The position numbers and the translations under genes were made by a program. A stretch of 64,000 nucleotides of DNA from NCBI GenBank assembly GCA_014905635.1, contig JABVCE010000012.1, forward strand, positions 372,001 to 436,000. Direction: 5' to 3'. The stretch is from Scenedesmus sp. PABB004 (taxonomy: Eukaryota). Below the pieces are notes generated by a model that made no database searches, had not been told where the DNA came from, and saw nothing but the letters and a program-made list of their open reading frames with translations. Positions 23,336 to 35,756 of the stretch are shown here, piece after piece; position 1 is the first letter of the stretch, and every line of letters begins with the position of its first letter.

Positions 23336-23884
23336 ATGCAGCACATGCAGATCGACGGCGGCGGCGCGCCTGCGCCGGCCGGCAGCAGCAGCGGCGGCGC
23401 GGGCAGCAGCTTTGCGGGCGGCGGCCAGCAGCCGCTCCCCTTTGGCGGCTTCGGCGGCGGCGCCGGCAGCAGCAGCAGCATGGGGCCCCCCGCGCCGTGG
23501 CCCAGCCAGCAGCAGCACGCGGCGGCGGCGGCGGCGCAGCAGCAGTGGCCGGGCGGCCTCTTCGGCCTGCCCGGCGTCGCGGGCGCCGGCGCGTCGCAGC
23601 CGTCGTACGGCGGCGGCGGCGGCGGCGGGGTCAGCGGCGCCAGCGGCGGCGGCGGCGAGCCGCGCACGCCGGTGGGCTCGCCGATGAAGCAGCGCGGCGG
23701 CGGCGGCGCCGCGGGCGCGGGGTCGCTGGGCAGCCCCGGCTGGTTCTCGCCGAAGAGCCGCGTGCGCTACAGCGACCGCTTCATCCCCTCGCGCGCCTCC
23801 GCGGCGCGGCTCGACTTCAGCGCGCTCGACCGCGAGGTCACGTCGGACCAGGTCGCGCGCGCCGCGCACGAGCGCGAGGTGACC

Positions 23885-23920
<36 letters not shown>

Positions 23921-23921
23921 C

Positions 23922-23952
<31 letters not shown>

Positions 23953-26759
23953 GGGGCGGCGCGGGGGGCGCGGCGCGGGCGCGGGCGCGGGCGCGGGCCG
24001 CCAGCGCTTGCGCAGCGCGGCGCCGCGGCGCGCGCCGCCGCCGACCGGCCGGCCGCCGCGTCGTGCACCGCCGTCTGCCGTAGGACATAAACCCCGCGTA
24101 CAACATGCTGCTGCGCAGCGAGCTGCTCGGCTGCCAGTGCCCGAGCCCGATCAGCCCCGACAAGGCGGCGCAGCTGGAGCAGCTGCGCGGCGCGGCGAGC
24201 CCCAGCAAGAAGATCCTGCGCTTCAAAACGGGTACGCGCGCAGCGCCCGCCGGCCGCCGGCCGCCGGCCGCCGCCGCGCAGCGGCGGAGCGGGCGCCGGG
24301 GCGCGCCGCCGCGTCGTCGTGGGGCGCCGGCCGGCGCAGGCCGCCGCCGCACGCCGACGCCCGCCCGCCCGCCCGCCGCCGTGCGCGCGCCGTGCGCGCG
24401 CCGTCGCCGCTGCCGCCGCAGGCGACGCGGCCAGCCCCGTGGCGGGCCCGCCCGTGCAGAGCCCCTTCCTCACGTCGCCCGTGGGCGTGGAGAGCCTGCT
24501 GGGCTCGCCCGTGATGACGCCGCGCCGCCCGACGCGCAAGATCCCGCGCGCGCCCTACAAGGTCCGCCGCGCCGCGCCGCGCCGTGCCGCGCGGCCGCGC
24601 CCCGCGCGCCCGCCGGCTGCCTGCGCTGCCAGCGCGACGCCGACGCCGCCGCCGACGCGCCCTGCTTTCTGTCCCCCCCCCCCCCCCCCCCCGTGCCCGG
24701 CTGCCGCAGGTGCTGGACGCGCCGGCGCTGGCTGACGACTTTTACCTCAACCTGGTGGACTGGTCCAGCCAGAACCTGCTGGCGGTCGGGCTGGACGCGT
24801 GCGTGTACCTCTGGAGCGCGCACACCAGCAAGGCGCGCGCGGGGGCGCTGGCGGCGGCGGCGGCGGCGGCCGCGCCGGCGGCGGCAGCGGCGGCGGCGGC
24901 GGCGGGCGCGTGGGCGGGCGGGTTTGAGGAGCGGCCGCCGTCGCGCGCCGTCGCGCGCCGCCGCAGGTCACCAAGCTGTGCGACCTCGCGCCCGGCGACA
25001 GCGTGTGCAGCGTGGCGTGGAGCCAGCGCGGGACGTACCTCTCGGTCGGGACCAACGCGGGCGAGGTCCAGGCGCGTGGCGCGCGCCTCGGCACGCCCTC
25101 TCACGCGCCGCGCCGCGCCGCGCGTCGCCGCGCCGCGCCGTGCGCCGCCGCCGCGCGCTCACGCCCCCTCCCCCCTCCCCTCGCCTCCCCTCCCCTCCTC
25201 TCTGCCGCCGCCACGGTCAGATTTGGGACGTGACCAAGCTGCGCCGCACGCGCACGATGGCGGGGCACCGCCAGCGCGTCGGCACGCAGGCGTGGAGCAG
25301 CCACATGCTCGCGAGCGGCAGCCGCGACAAGGCGGTGCTGCTGCGCGACGTGCGCGTGCCCGAGCCGTACGTCGACCGCCTCGCGGGCCACAAGAGCGAG
25401 GTCTGCGGCCTCAAGGTCCGGCGACCGGCCGCCGCCGGCTGCCGCCGAGGCGATCGTGGCGCCTCGGCGGCGATGTGCCGCCGGCGCCCTCGCGACCGGC
25501 GCCGACGCGCCGCCGCCGCCGCCGCCGCCGCCGGCGCTCTCGCGCCGCAGTGGGCGCCCGATGACCGCCAGCTCGCGTCGGGCGGCAACGACAACGCGCT
25601 GCTCATCTGGGCGCCCGGCGCGGGCGGCGCGGGCGGCGGCGGCGGCCCCGTGTCGCGCTTCACCGAGCACACCGCCGCGGTCAAGGCGATCGCGTGGTCG
25701 CCGCACCAGCACGGCCTGCTCGCGAGCGGCGGCGGCACGGCGGACCGGTGCATTCGCTTCTGGAATACCTCCACCGGCGCGGCGCTCAACGCGGTCGACA
25801 CAGGCAGCCAGGCGCGTGCGGCCGCGCGGGCGCGGGCGCGGCCTCGCCCTGCGGGGCGGGGCGGGGGGGCGGCGGGGCGGGGCGGGGCGGGGCGGGGCGG
25901 GGCGGGGCGGGGCGGGGCGGGGCGGGGCGGGGCGGGGCGGGGCGGGGCGGGGCGGGGCGGGGCGGGGCGGGGGGCGGGGCGGGGCGGGGCGGGGCGGGGG
26001 GGGCGGGGCGGGGCGGGGCGGGGCGGGGGGCTGCGCCCCGCCGCCGCCGCGCGGTGTGCGCGCGCGCGCTCACGCGCGGGTGTGCGTGTGTGTGTGCGTG
26101 CGTCTCGCTGCGCGCGCAGGTGTGCAACCTCGCGTGGTCGCGGCACGTCAACGAGCTCGTCTCGGCGCACGGCTACAGCCAGAACCAGGCGCGGCCCAGC
26201 GCGCGCGCGCGGCACGCGCGGCACGCGCGCGGCCCCGCCCCGCGCCCGCTGTCGCCCGTGCCCGCGTGGGTTTGGCTCAGCCCTGGCCCTTACGCCCTTG
26301 CTCCCCTGCCTCCCTCTTAAACCCTGTCAGGTCATCGTGTGGAAGTACCCCAGCATGGCCAAGCTCGCCACGCTCACGGGTGCGCGCCCCCGCCCCCGCG
26401 CCACGCACCTCACGCGCGCCCGCGCACGCACCCCACGCGCACCCGCGCGCGCCCGCGCGCGCATCCCACGCGCGCCCACACGCGCCAACACGCCCGCACG
26501 CCCACGCCTGCGCGCACCCGCCCGCACGCACCCGCCCGCGCCCCTGGGCAGGCCACTCCTACCGGGTGCTGTACCTCGCGCTCGCGCCCGACGGGCAGAC
26601 GATCGTGACGGGCGCGGGCGACGAGACGCTGCGCTTCTGGGCGGTATTCCCCGGCGCGCGCGGCGGCGGCCCCGGCGGCGGCCCCGGCGGCCCGGCGGCG
26701 CGCCCGGCGGCGGCGACGCGGGCGGCCCCGGCGGCGCGATGGCGCGCACGATTCGCTAG
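23336..26759 (+). CDS. CDH1: APC/C activator CDH1/FZR (CCS52-like) WD40 protein
   Basis: C-box [72 protein letters not shown]-terminal IR tail (one apparent 1-nt shift near 26700). Confidence 0.95.
25853..26030. repeat. (GGGGC)n intronic repeat, G-quadruplex-prone
   Basis: About 175 bp of GGGGC units within a CDH1 intron. Confidence 0.92.
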
Positions 26760-26904
26760 GCGGCGCGCCGCGGCGACGCCGGGCGGCGGGGGCAGCGGGG
26801 AGCACTGCGCAGGAGGGCGCGGCAGGGCAGGGCGCGGCAGGAGGTTTTGGCTCATCGTCGCGAATTGTTGTGTGACCGCTGCAATTGCTTGTCGCCGGGC
26901 CGCG

Positions 26905-28455
26905 ACCGGCGCGGGGCGGCGGTGCAGGGCCCAGGCGCCGCCCGGCCGGCTGCCCGCGCCGGCGGCGGGGAGGCCCGCGCGCGCGCCGCCCCCCCGCCCA
27001 CAGCCGCCGCCCTCAGCGCCCCCGCCGCAAACACACACGCACACAGCGCCGGCCGCGGCCCACAGCTCCCGCACGCGCCGCGCCGCCGCCGCCCCGCGCC
27101 CGCCCCCGCCCGCGGCGCGCCCCTGGCCAGGCGGGGCGCGGACCTGCGGGCGCCTGGTGACTAGCTCGTGCCGCCCAGCGCAGCGCCAGGCGAGCCGCGC
27201 GCGCGGGCAGGCGGTGAGCAGGCAGCGGCGGCGGGCCGTGCAGCGCGGCGCGGCGCCCGCCGCGGGCGGCGGGGGCACCGGCGGTGCGCGGCAGGCGGGC
27301 GTGTTGGGTGATCACCCGGGCCTGCGCGCCTCGGGCGTCGCTGGCAGGCCCGCCGCCGCGCCGCCGCGCTGGGGCGGGGGCGGGCCGCCGCGCGCTGCTG
27401 CGGCCGCGCTCACGCCGCCCGCGCGCTCGCCCGCTGCTGCCGGCGCCCCGCCTGCTGCCCTGATGGCCCGCAGGCTGTCAGGCGGCGCCATGTCTGCTGC
27501 GCCGGCGGGCAAGCGGCTCGCCGGGCCGACCACGAGCGCGCGGGCGCCGGCCGCAGCGGCGCCAGGCGAGGCGCCGGCTGGGGCGGAGGCGGCGCCGAGG
27601 TGGGTCCGCTGCTGCTGCTGCCGGGCCCCCCTGACTGCTGATGCTGCCTGACGCGGCACGTCCTGCCCACAAGCCACCGCCGCCGGCAGCACGCGCCGCC
27701 TGACCGCGCTCGCCTGCCCGCCCCGCCCGCCGCGCCCCGCCCGCGCCGCCAGCAGCCCGCTGCCAGAGCTGCCCGAGCCGCTCGTGCTCCACGTTCTGGA
27801 CCTCCTGCCGCCGGCCCTGCAGGCGTGGGCCGCCAAGCTGGTCTGCAAGGCGGCGCGCGAGCGCTTCCGCGGCGCCACGGTCGTCTCGCTGTGCTGCCCC
27901 GGCCTGCCGCTGGCGGCGGTGCGGGAGGCCTGGCGGGCGGTTCGGGGTGACGATCCGTGGCAGCAGCTGCAGCTGGCCAGGGCGCGTGCGGCGTGTGGCG
28001 ACGTGGCGGGGCTGGCCTGGCTGCGGGGGTCCGGCTGCGACATGGACGGCGTGTGCGAGGCAGCAGCGGAGCATGGCCAGGTCGCTGTGCTGGAGTGGGC
28101 GCGCGACCAGGGGCTCGACCTGTGTGACGTGTGCCGCGGAGCGGCCGCTGGCGGGCACCTGGATGTGCTGCGCTGGGCGCGCAAGCAGACGCCGCCGGTG
28201 TCCTGGGGCGGCGCTGTGTGCTTCTACGCTGCGCGGCGTGGCGACCTGGAGATGCTGCGCTGGGCGCGCGCCCAGGCCGAGCCCGCGCCGTGGGGCGAGT
28301 CGGCGTGCTATATGGCGGCTAAGTTTGGGCACCTGGAGGTGCTGCGCTGGCTGCGCGCCAACGGCTGCCCGTGGTTGCGCGGTCTGTGCGAGCACGTGGC
28401 GGCGGACCATGGCCACGACGCAGTGGCTGCGTGGATCCGGGCGCAGCCTGAGTGA
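26905..28455 (+). repeat. F-box/ankyrin cassette copy E
   Basis: Leader from about ggcgcggggcggcggtgcagggc; near-identical (inverted) to copy F through about 28135. Confidence 0.88.
27490..28455 (+). CDS. F-box + ankyrin-like repeat protein, copy E (intact)
   Basis: Exon 1 27490-27599, intron 27600-27752, exon 2 27753-28455: [30 protein letters not shown]...WIRAQPE*. Confidence 0.87.
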
Positions 28456-28536
28456 TTTGTCGCCAGTGAAACCCAGCGGCGTTGCACGCACGACCCCGGA
28501 CGCCACCTCTCCGCGCGCGCGCCGCAGCTGCAGCTG

Positions 28537-31500
28537 CTAGGCCGGCTGCGCCGCCGCCGCCGCCGCCGCCGTCGGCGGCGGCTGCGCCGCGCCCGCTGCC
28601 GCCGCCGCCGCTGCCATGATGTCTGGACAGCGCTGCCGCAGGCCGGCCAGCACCTGCGGGGCGTTCGCGAGCAAGCGGCAGCGGCTTAGGCGCAGCCAGC
28701 ACCCGCCGCCGAGCGCCGCCGAACGTGCAGGCCGCGGCCGGCTGCGCCGACCTGTGCGCCCTCGGGCCGCTGCAGCGCCGCCCATGCGCCCGCGCACGCC
28801 GCGACGACCGCGCGGCGCAGGCGCGGCAGGCCGAGGCGCTCCGCCGCGGCGGCGTAGCTGGGCAGGTGACGCAGGCCTGCCGCCTCGCCCAGCTCCTCAC
28901 AGAGGTCTGTCTCCAGCATCTGCACCGCCGGCGACGCCGCCACGCCGCCGGGCGGCGCGTGCCGGCGCGCGGCCTGGCGCCGGGGCGTGCGGCGGCGCGC
29001 GGCGGGGGGCGCCGGCGGGGGGCTCAGCGGCGCGCAGAGGGGCCGCACGGCGGGGGCGTGGAGGTGGCGCGGCGGCGGCGACGCGACGCGCAGCGCAGCG
29101 CAGCGCGCACCTCGACCACGCGGTCGGCCCGGTTCACGAGCTGCCCCGGCGCGGCCTCGCGCAGGTGCGCGAGGCAGCTGCCCTGCAGGCGCGGCAGGGC
29201 GAAGCGCAGGCCAAAGTCGAGTGCCGCCCACACGTCGCTGCGGCGGTGCGCCAGCATCGCCTCGACGCAGCGCTCCTGCGCGGTGGGCGGCAGCACGCGC
29301 GCGCAGACGGGCTCGGCGCGGCGCGGCGCGGCACACAGCGCTCAGCGCACACCACCACCGCGGGGCGGCGCAGCGGCGGCCGGGCCCGCGCCAAGCCAGC
29401 GGCGGACCTGCAGCTCCTTGCAGCCGTGCCGCCTGGCGAGGGACATGATGCCCGGCGCGGTCACGGGCGCGAGCTGCTGCGTCAGCGCCGCCGCGGCCGC
29501 CGCGCCCACGCCCGCGGCGCCGGCGCGCCGCTGCCCCCCGACAGGTCGCCTGCGCGGCGGCGCGTGGCGTGCAGCGCGCTCGGCGCGGCGGGCGGCCGGC
29601 GCCCGCGCGCAGGCGGGGCCGGCGGGCGCGGCGCGCGCGCGCGCGCACCGGCGAGCCGCAGCACGGCGTCGGCCTGCTCCGGCGTGACCTCGGCGCGCGC
29701 GAGCGCCTCCAGCGCCTCGCCCATCAGCCCCTCCATGGCCAGACGGTCGGCGACGCTGCGGCGCCGGCGGCGGCGGCGGGCGCCGGCGCGGCGCGCCTGC
29801 TCGACCGCCGCGGGCGCGGCGGGGGGCGGCGCCGGACGTGCTGGCGGCGCGGCGGCGACGCCGAGGCGCGCCCACCGGAACATGTCGACCAGCAGCGCGG
29901 GCGGGCAGCTGCCGAGCGCGAGCAGGCCCATCAGCCAGCGGCACACCGCGGCGATGCCCTCCAGCCCAACGCCCGGCACCGGCACCTGGCGCCGCGCGGC
30001 GGCGCTCGGCGCGGCGGCGCGGCGGAGCGCGCCCGCGCAGCACGCCCCGTCCCTCCCCCCTCCTTCTGCGCGGCGCGGCGCGCGGCCCGCTCACCACCGG
30101 CGGCGGCGGCGGGCCGCCGTGCGTCTGGTCGCCGTGGTCGTCGCCGTCGCTGTCCGTGGTCAGCAGGCCCTGGAAGAGATCATCGAACAGCCCGCTATAA
30201 AGCGCCAGCAGCCGCGCCGGCAGCCGCACACCGCCGCCGCCGTCGGGGCGCAGCAGCACCTGGGTGGCGCGGCACGGGGCGCCGCCGCCGCCTCGGCGCG
30301 GCGGTGTGGCGGCGCGGGCGCGGCGCGCTGCACGCGCGGGCGCGGGCGCGCGCCGCGTGCCTGCTTGGGGTGGTGCTGCCGCACGAGCCGCGCGACCTGC
30401 AGGCGCACGTGCTGCAGCGCGAGCGCGACGGGGCCGGCCGCGGCGCCCGACAGCAGCGCGGCGTCGGGCGTGGGCGGCCTGACGCCGCGCTCGAGCACCT
30501 GCGGCCGGGCGCGGACGGTCGCGCGGGCGGGCGCGGGCGCGGGGGCCTCTGCCGCCGGCCTCTGCCGCTGGCCTCTGCCGCCGGCCTCTGCCGCCGGCCT
30601 CTGCCGCCGGGCGAGCCCCCGCTGCCGGCTGCAGCCGCCGCACTGAGCGCCAGCGGTCCGTGGGCGGCCGCGCCGCGCACCTGCAGCAGGCCCTGCGGCT
30701 CCCGCACGTCAGCGCGGCTGTAGCCGCCCAGAAAGAAGACGCGGCCCGCCTCGTCGGCGCCGCCCGCGTGGCCCGCGAGCGGCAGCAGCCCGCCGCCGCC
30801 GCCGCGCGGCGCGGCGCCGGCGCTCGCGCCGGCGGCGGGGCCCACGCGCCGCACCGCGGCCGCCTCCCACGTGGGCGGGCTGGCATCGAGGTGGAGCACC
30901 TGCGGGCGCGCGGCCCGGCGGCGGCCCGGCTCGGCGGCCGCGCCGCCGCGCGGCGGCCGCCCTCGAGCCGCGGCGCTCCCTGAACCCTGAACAAACCCCA
31001 TCATCAGCCCCCCGTGGGCGCCGCACGTGCAGGTCGGGGAGCAAGCTGCTCGGCAGCGCCGCGGTGCGGCCGCCGTAGACCAGCAGCCGGCCGCGCAGCG
31101 CGACCGCGCACGCGTCGATGCGCAGGCACGGCGGCTCGCCCTGCGCGCGGGCGGACGCGCGCGGGCGCGGCGCGCGCGCGCGGCGGCGCCGGCGGTGGCG
31201 TCGGCGGCGTCGGCGGCGGCTGCGCGGCGCGCACGCGCGCCGGGCGGCGCCCGCGGCGCGCACCGCCGTGGCCACGCGCTCCCACTCGTGGCTCGCCATG
31301 TCCAGCCGCAGCACGCGGTAGCCGCCCGGCTGCGGCTGGCCGGCCAGGACGTCCGGGATGGCCCACAGTGCGCCGCCGTGCCACCAGAGCGCGAGCAGCG
31401 TCGTGCTGCGCGGCCGGCACGCGCCTGGCTCGGCGGACGGGTGGCGCGGCGGCGGCGGCAGCGTGGGCGCTGCTGACCCAGGGCTGGGCGCGCCGCACAG

Positions 31501-33072
31501 CTGCGCGGGCGCGCGCGGCTGCGAGTGGCTGGGCGCGGCGTGGCGGCGCCGCGCACCCACCCGTGGTGGCGAGCGTGGTCCAGGTGTAGGTGTCGAAGCG
31601 ATACGCGTGCAGCGTGCCGGGCGTGTCGTCGGCGGGCAGGCGCGCGCCGTCGCGCGCGCGCACGCGCACGCCGCCCAGCACATACATCACGCCGCCGCCG
31701 GGGTCCACCGCCGCCCTGCGCGGCCGGGGGGAGGGGAGAGGGCGGGCGAGCTCGACTGGCGCGCGCGCGCGTGCGCGCGCGGGAAAGGCCAAGGGCGGCA
31801 GCGGCGGCGCGCGCGTGCCGCCGCGCCTGTGGTGCATGCGCGGGCTGGGCACGTCCCCGAGCTGCGGCACCGCCTCGCTCAGCACGGGCAGCAGCCCGCC
31901 CTGCGTGCCGGCCTCGCTGATCGCGTAGGCTCGCAGCTTGGCCGTCGGCGCGCCGCGTGGCGCCCGCCCTGCGCGGCGGCGAGCGAGCGAGCGTGCACAT
32001 GGGTGGGCGGGAGCGCGGGCGGCGCGGGCGGCGCGGCTCGGTCGCTCGCTCGCCTGCCAGGCGGCGCGCTTGCGGGCGCGCCGGCACACGCGGGCGCGGC
32101 GCCGGCCCACCTGCGTCGCCCGGGGCGCCCGGGGCCGCCTCGGCGGGCTCCATGCCTCCGAATATGAACACGCGCGCGCCGTGCAGCACCGCCGAGTGCC
32201 CAACCAGCCCCAGCGACAGCGCGGGCGAGCACGGCGCCGCCGCCCAGCGGCGCGCGCCCGCGCGCGACACGGCGACGACCTGGCGGCTGAGCTGCGCGGG
32301 GCTGGCCTGCGAGCGGCGCGGGCGCAGGCGCGGGCGTTGCGGTGAGGGCTAGGCTGGGGGGTGGAGGGCGGCAGCGGCAGCAGGAACTGCTGCCAAAACA
32401 GGCAGCAGAAACGAACCGGCAGGGGGGCGGCGCTGCGCGTCTCACCTGGTACACGCGGCTGTAGTCAGCTGCCAGCATGCCCGGCTGCTCGTCGCGAATC
32501 CAGGAGACCTCGCTCTGCACCGCCAGCTGCCGCAGCTGCGCCGCCTCGACGCCGCCGACCGCCAGCAGCCCGCCCGGCGTGCCCACGCCCTGCGCGTGCG
32601 TCGTCGCCTGCCGTACGCTCGGCGCGCCGCCGCCGCCGCTGGCGCCGCCGCCGCCGGCCTCGGCGTCGTCGCCCGGCTGCTGCCGCTTCCGGCCACGTGC
32701 CGCGCCGCCGCCGCGCTGCTGCTGCTGCTGCTGCCGCTGCGGCGCCCGCGCCTGGTCGGCGCTCTGCTGCTGCTGCCGCGGCGCGAGCGGGCCGCGCGGC
32801 GCGGCGAGCGCCGCCAGGCCCGCGACCGTCTGGGCGCGCGGGAACGCCGCGTGCTGCGTCACCGTCCACTCCAGCGGCACCGTGGCGGCCAGGGCAGCCA
32901 GGAAGGCGGCCAGCAGCTCCTCGTCGCCCGCCGCCGCGAGCGCGCCGCTGCCGCCGCCGCTGCCGCCCGGCGCCCAGCCATCCAGCGCGGCGAGCAGCAG
33001 CTCGCGCGGCAGGCCGGACGCCCAGTTGCAGTAGGTCGGCAGCAGCGCACGCAGGGCCTCGCAGCTGAACAT
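28537..33072 (-). CDS. Kelch-repeat protein with C-terminal BTB/BACK-like helical region, multi-exon
   Basis: Kelch-like GHSAVLHGARVFIFGG, PSPRMHH|AAV..MYVLGG, RLLVYGG, RVFFLGG; then LPARLLALYSGLFDDLF, AAVCRWL, VADRLAMEGL, LPRLQGSCL (BTB/BACK-like). Confidence 0.72.
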
Positions 33073-33257
33073 CGCGGCGGGCGGCGGGGCAGCGCGCCCA
33101 GCCCCTGCTGCGCGATGCAGCGGCAGCGCCGCGCGCCGAGCGCGGCACGAGGGCGGCAACTAGCGGACTGCGATGGCGCAGGCGGACGGCTCGCACAGTG
33201 GCGCGCGGGGCGGCGCCGCGATTTGAACGGCTGGCGCTGTTGGGCCCGTCCGCGGCG

Positions 33258-35250
33258 GGCGCTTGTGCGAGTGTGGCAGGAGGGCGGCGGCTGTGGGCGG
33301 CGGGCGGCGCACGGGAGGCCTCCGCGGCGGCGGCGGGCAGGCGGCCGGGCGGCGCCTGCGCCCTGGGCCCTGCACCGCCGCCCCCGCGCCGCCGCTGCCG
33401 GGCGGGCGCGGCGACGTGCCGCCACCGCCGCCGCCGCCGCCGCCGCAGTGTGGAAGCGTGTGCGCGAGGCCCGCCCAGGCGGCGCGGTCGGCCGGTTGCC
33501 AGCGCGCGCACCGCCTCGCTCCGGCCCGCTGCTGCCAGCGCCAACTCTCGTCGCCACGCTGTCACCACGCCGCGCACAACTGCCTCCCGCCACGGCCGCC
33601 AAACCCGACGGCGACTCACTCGGGCTGCGCCTGGATCCACGCAAGCATGGCCTCGTGGCCACGGCCCAGCGCCAAGAGCTCGCACTCGAAACACGACCAC
33701 GGGCAGCCGTTGGCGCGCAGCCAGCGCAGCGCCTCCAGGTGCCCGCACTCAGCCGCTGCGCAGCACGTCGTCCAGTCCCACGGGCAGCCGTTGGCGCGCA
33801 GCCAGCGCAGCGCCTCCACCTGCCCGTGCTCAGCTGCCAGCCTGCACACTTCCTTGTTCCACGGCGCGGGCTCCGCCTGGGCGCGCGTCCAGCGCAGCAT
33901 CTCCACGTCGCCGCGCTCCGCAGCGGCGTAGCACACATACTTGCCCCAGGGCACTGGCGGCGTCTGCGCGCGCGCCCAGCGCAGCACCGCCAGCTGACCG
34001 TGCCAGGCCGCTCCGTGGCACACGTCACACAGGTCGAGCCCCTGGTCGCGCGCCCGCTCCAGCACAGCGACCTGGCCATGCTCCGCTGCTGCCTCGCACA
34101 CGCCGTCCATGTCGCAGCCGGACCCCCGCAGCCAGGCCAGCCCCGCCACGTCGCCACACGCCGCACGCGCCCTGGCCAGCTGCAGCTGCTGCCACGGATC
34201 GTCACCCCGAACCGCCCGCCAGGCCTCCCGCACCGCCGCCAGCGGCAGGCCGGGGCAGCACAGCGAGACGACCGTGGCGCCGCGGAAGCGCTTCCGCGCC
34301 GCCTTGCAGACCAGCTTGGCGGCCCACGCCTGCAGGGCCGGCGGCAGGAGGTCCAGAACGTGGAGCACGAGCGGCTCGGGCAGCTCTGGCAGCGGGCTGC
34401 TGGCGGCGCGGGCGGGGCGCGGCGGGCGGGGCGGGCAGGCGAGCGCGGTCAGGCGGCGCGTGCTGCCGGCGGTGGTGGCTTGTGGGCAGCACGTGCCGCG
34501 CCAGGCAGCAGCAGTCAGGGGGTGCCAGCAGCAGCAGCAGCGGACCCACCTCGGCGCCGCCTCGCCCCAGCCGGCGCCTCGCCTGCCGCCGCTGCGGCTG
34601 CCGCCTGGCGCGCGCCCGTGGTCGGCCCGGCGCGCCGCTTGCCCGCCGGCGCAGCAGACATGGTGCCGCCTGACAGCCTGCGGGCCATCAGGGCAGCAGG
34701 CGGGGCGCCGGCAGCAGCGGGCGAGCGCGCGGGCGGCGTGAGCGCGGCCGCAGCAGCGCGCGGCGGCCCGCCCCCGCCCCAGCGCGGCGGCGCGGCGGCG
34801 GGCCTGCCAGCGACGCCCGAGGCGCGCAGGCCCGGGTGATCACCCAACACGCCCGCCTGCCGCGCACCGCCGGTGCCCCCGCCGCCCGCAGCGGGCGCCG
34901 CGCAGCGCGGCCCGCCCGCCGCCGCTGCCTGCTCACCGCCTGCCCGCGCGCGCGGCTCGCCTGGCGCTGCGACGGGCGGCACGATCTAGTCACCAGGCAC
35001 CCGCACGTCCGCGCCTCGCCTGGCCAGGGGCGCGCCGCGGGCGGGGCGGGCGCTGGGCAGCGGCGCGGTGCGTGCGGGAGCTGCGAGGGCCGCGCCGGCG
35101 CTCGTGTGTGCGTGTGGCAGGGGCGCTGAGGGCGGCGGCTGTGGGCGGCGGGGCGGCGCGCGCGGGGGCCTCCTCGGCGGCGGCGCGGGCAGGCGGCCGG
35201 GCGGCGCCCTGGGCCCTGCGGCGCCGCCCGCCCGCTGCCGGGCGCGCAGC
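33258..35250 (-). repeat. F-box/ankyrin cassette copy F with trailing leader fragment (33258-33510) and spacer (33510-33615)
   Basis: The trailing fragment repeats part of the leader (compare 35097-35250 and 13540-13740). The spacer matches the G/H spacer at 52210-52317. Confidence 0.87.
33616..34661 (-). CDS. F-box + ankyrin-like repeat protein, copy F (duplicated d module; exon 1 is 1 nt short as assembled)
   Basis: Exon 2 is open to WIQAQPE* with two [10 protein letters not shown] modules. Exon 1 34661-34550 is 112 nt, whereas other copies have 110 or 113 nt, so either a frameshift or a sequencing error. Confidence 0.7.
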
Positions 35251-35756
35251 TGCAGATGCCGCCGGGGCGGTTGCCGATTGCACACACGTGCCAGTCCTGC
35301 AAGCGCCGCAGCCACTCCGCGCGCCCAGCGGTCGCCGCCGAGCGCCGGGGGCCGCGGCCAGTCCTGCGTCGCACCCCCTCGTGCGCAGTGCTGCACCAGC
35401 ACCGCACCCGCCGCGCACCGTGTCACACACCACGCACTCGCCAGGCTGCACAGGCGCGCCGCTCGACTGGCTACGGTGCCCCCGCACACGCGCGCACACG
35501 CTCGCCGCCTGCTCGCCGCTCGCCTGCACATGCAGCAACTTGGCCAAAGCCTTGCGACAGCTCCCCGCCTCCGCTCCGGCCCGTCCCGGCCCGGCCCAGC
35601 CGCCACCCCCCGCCCCGGCCGGCCGCTGCCGCGCCGCCGCCGCGCCGCCGCGTCGCCGCCGCGCCGCCGCGCCGCCGCGCCGCCGCCGCGCCGCCGGCCC
35701 GCCGGCCCGCCGCCGCGCCGCCCCGGCCCGCCGCCGCGCCGCCGCGCCGCTGCGGC

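Noticed and set aside
19470..26710. Frameshifts in RNF10-like (~19480, ~20665) and CDH1 (~26700), also near 49030 and ~60930, as programmed frameshifting or pseudogenes
   Set aside because: Single-base shifts in G/C-rich runs inside otherwise well-conserved genes are most simply explained as assembly indels; short-read polishing would decide.
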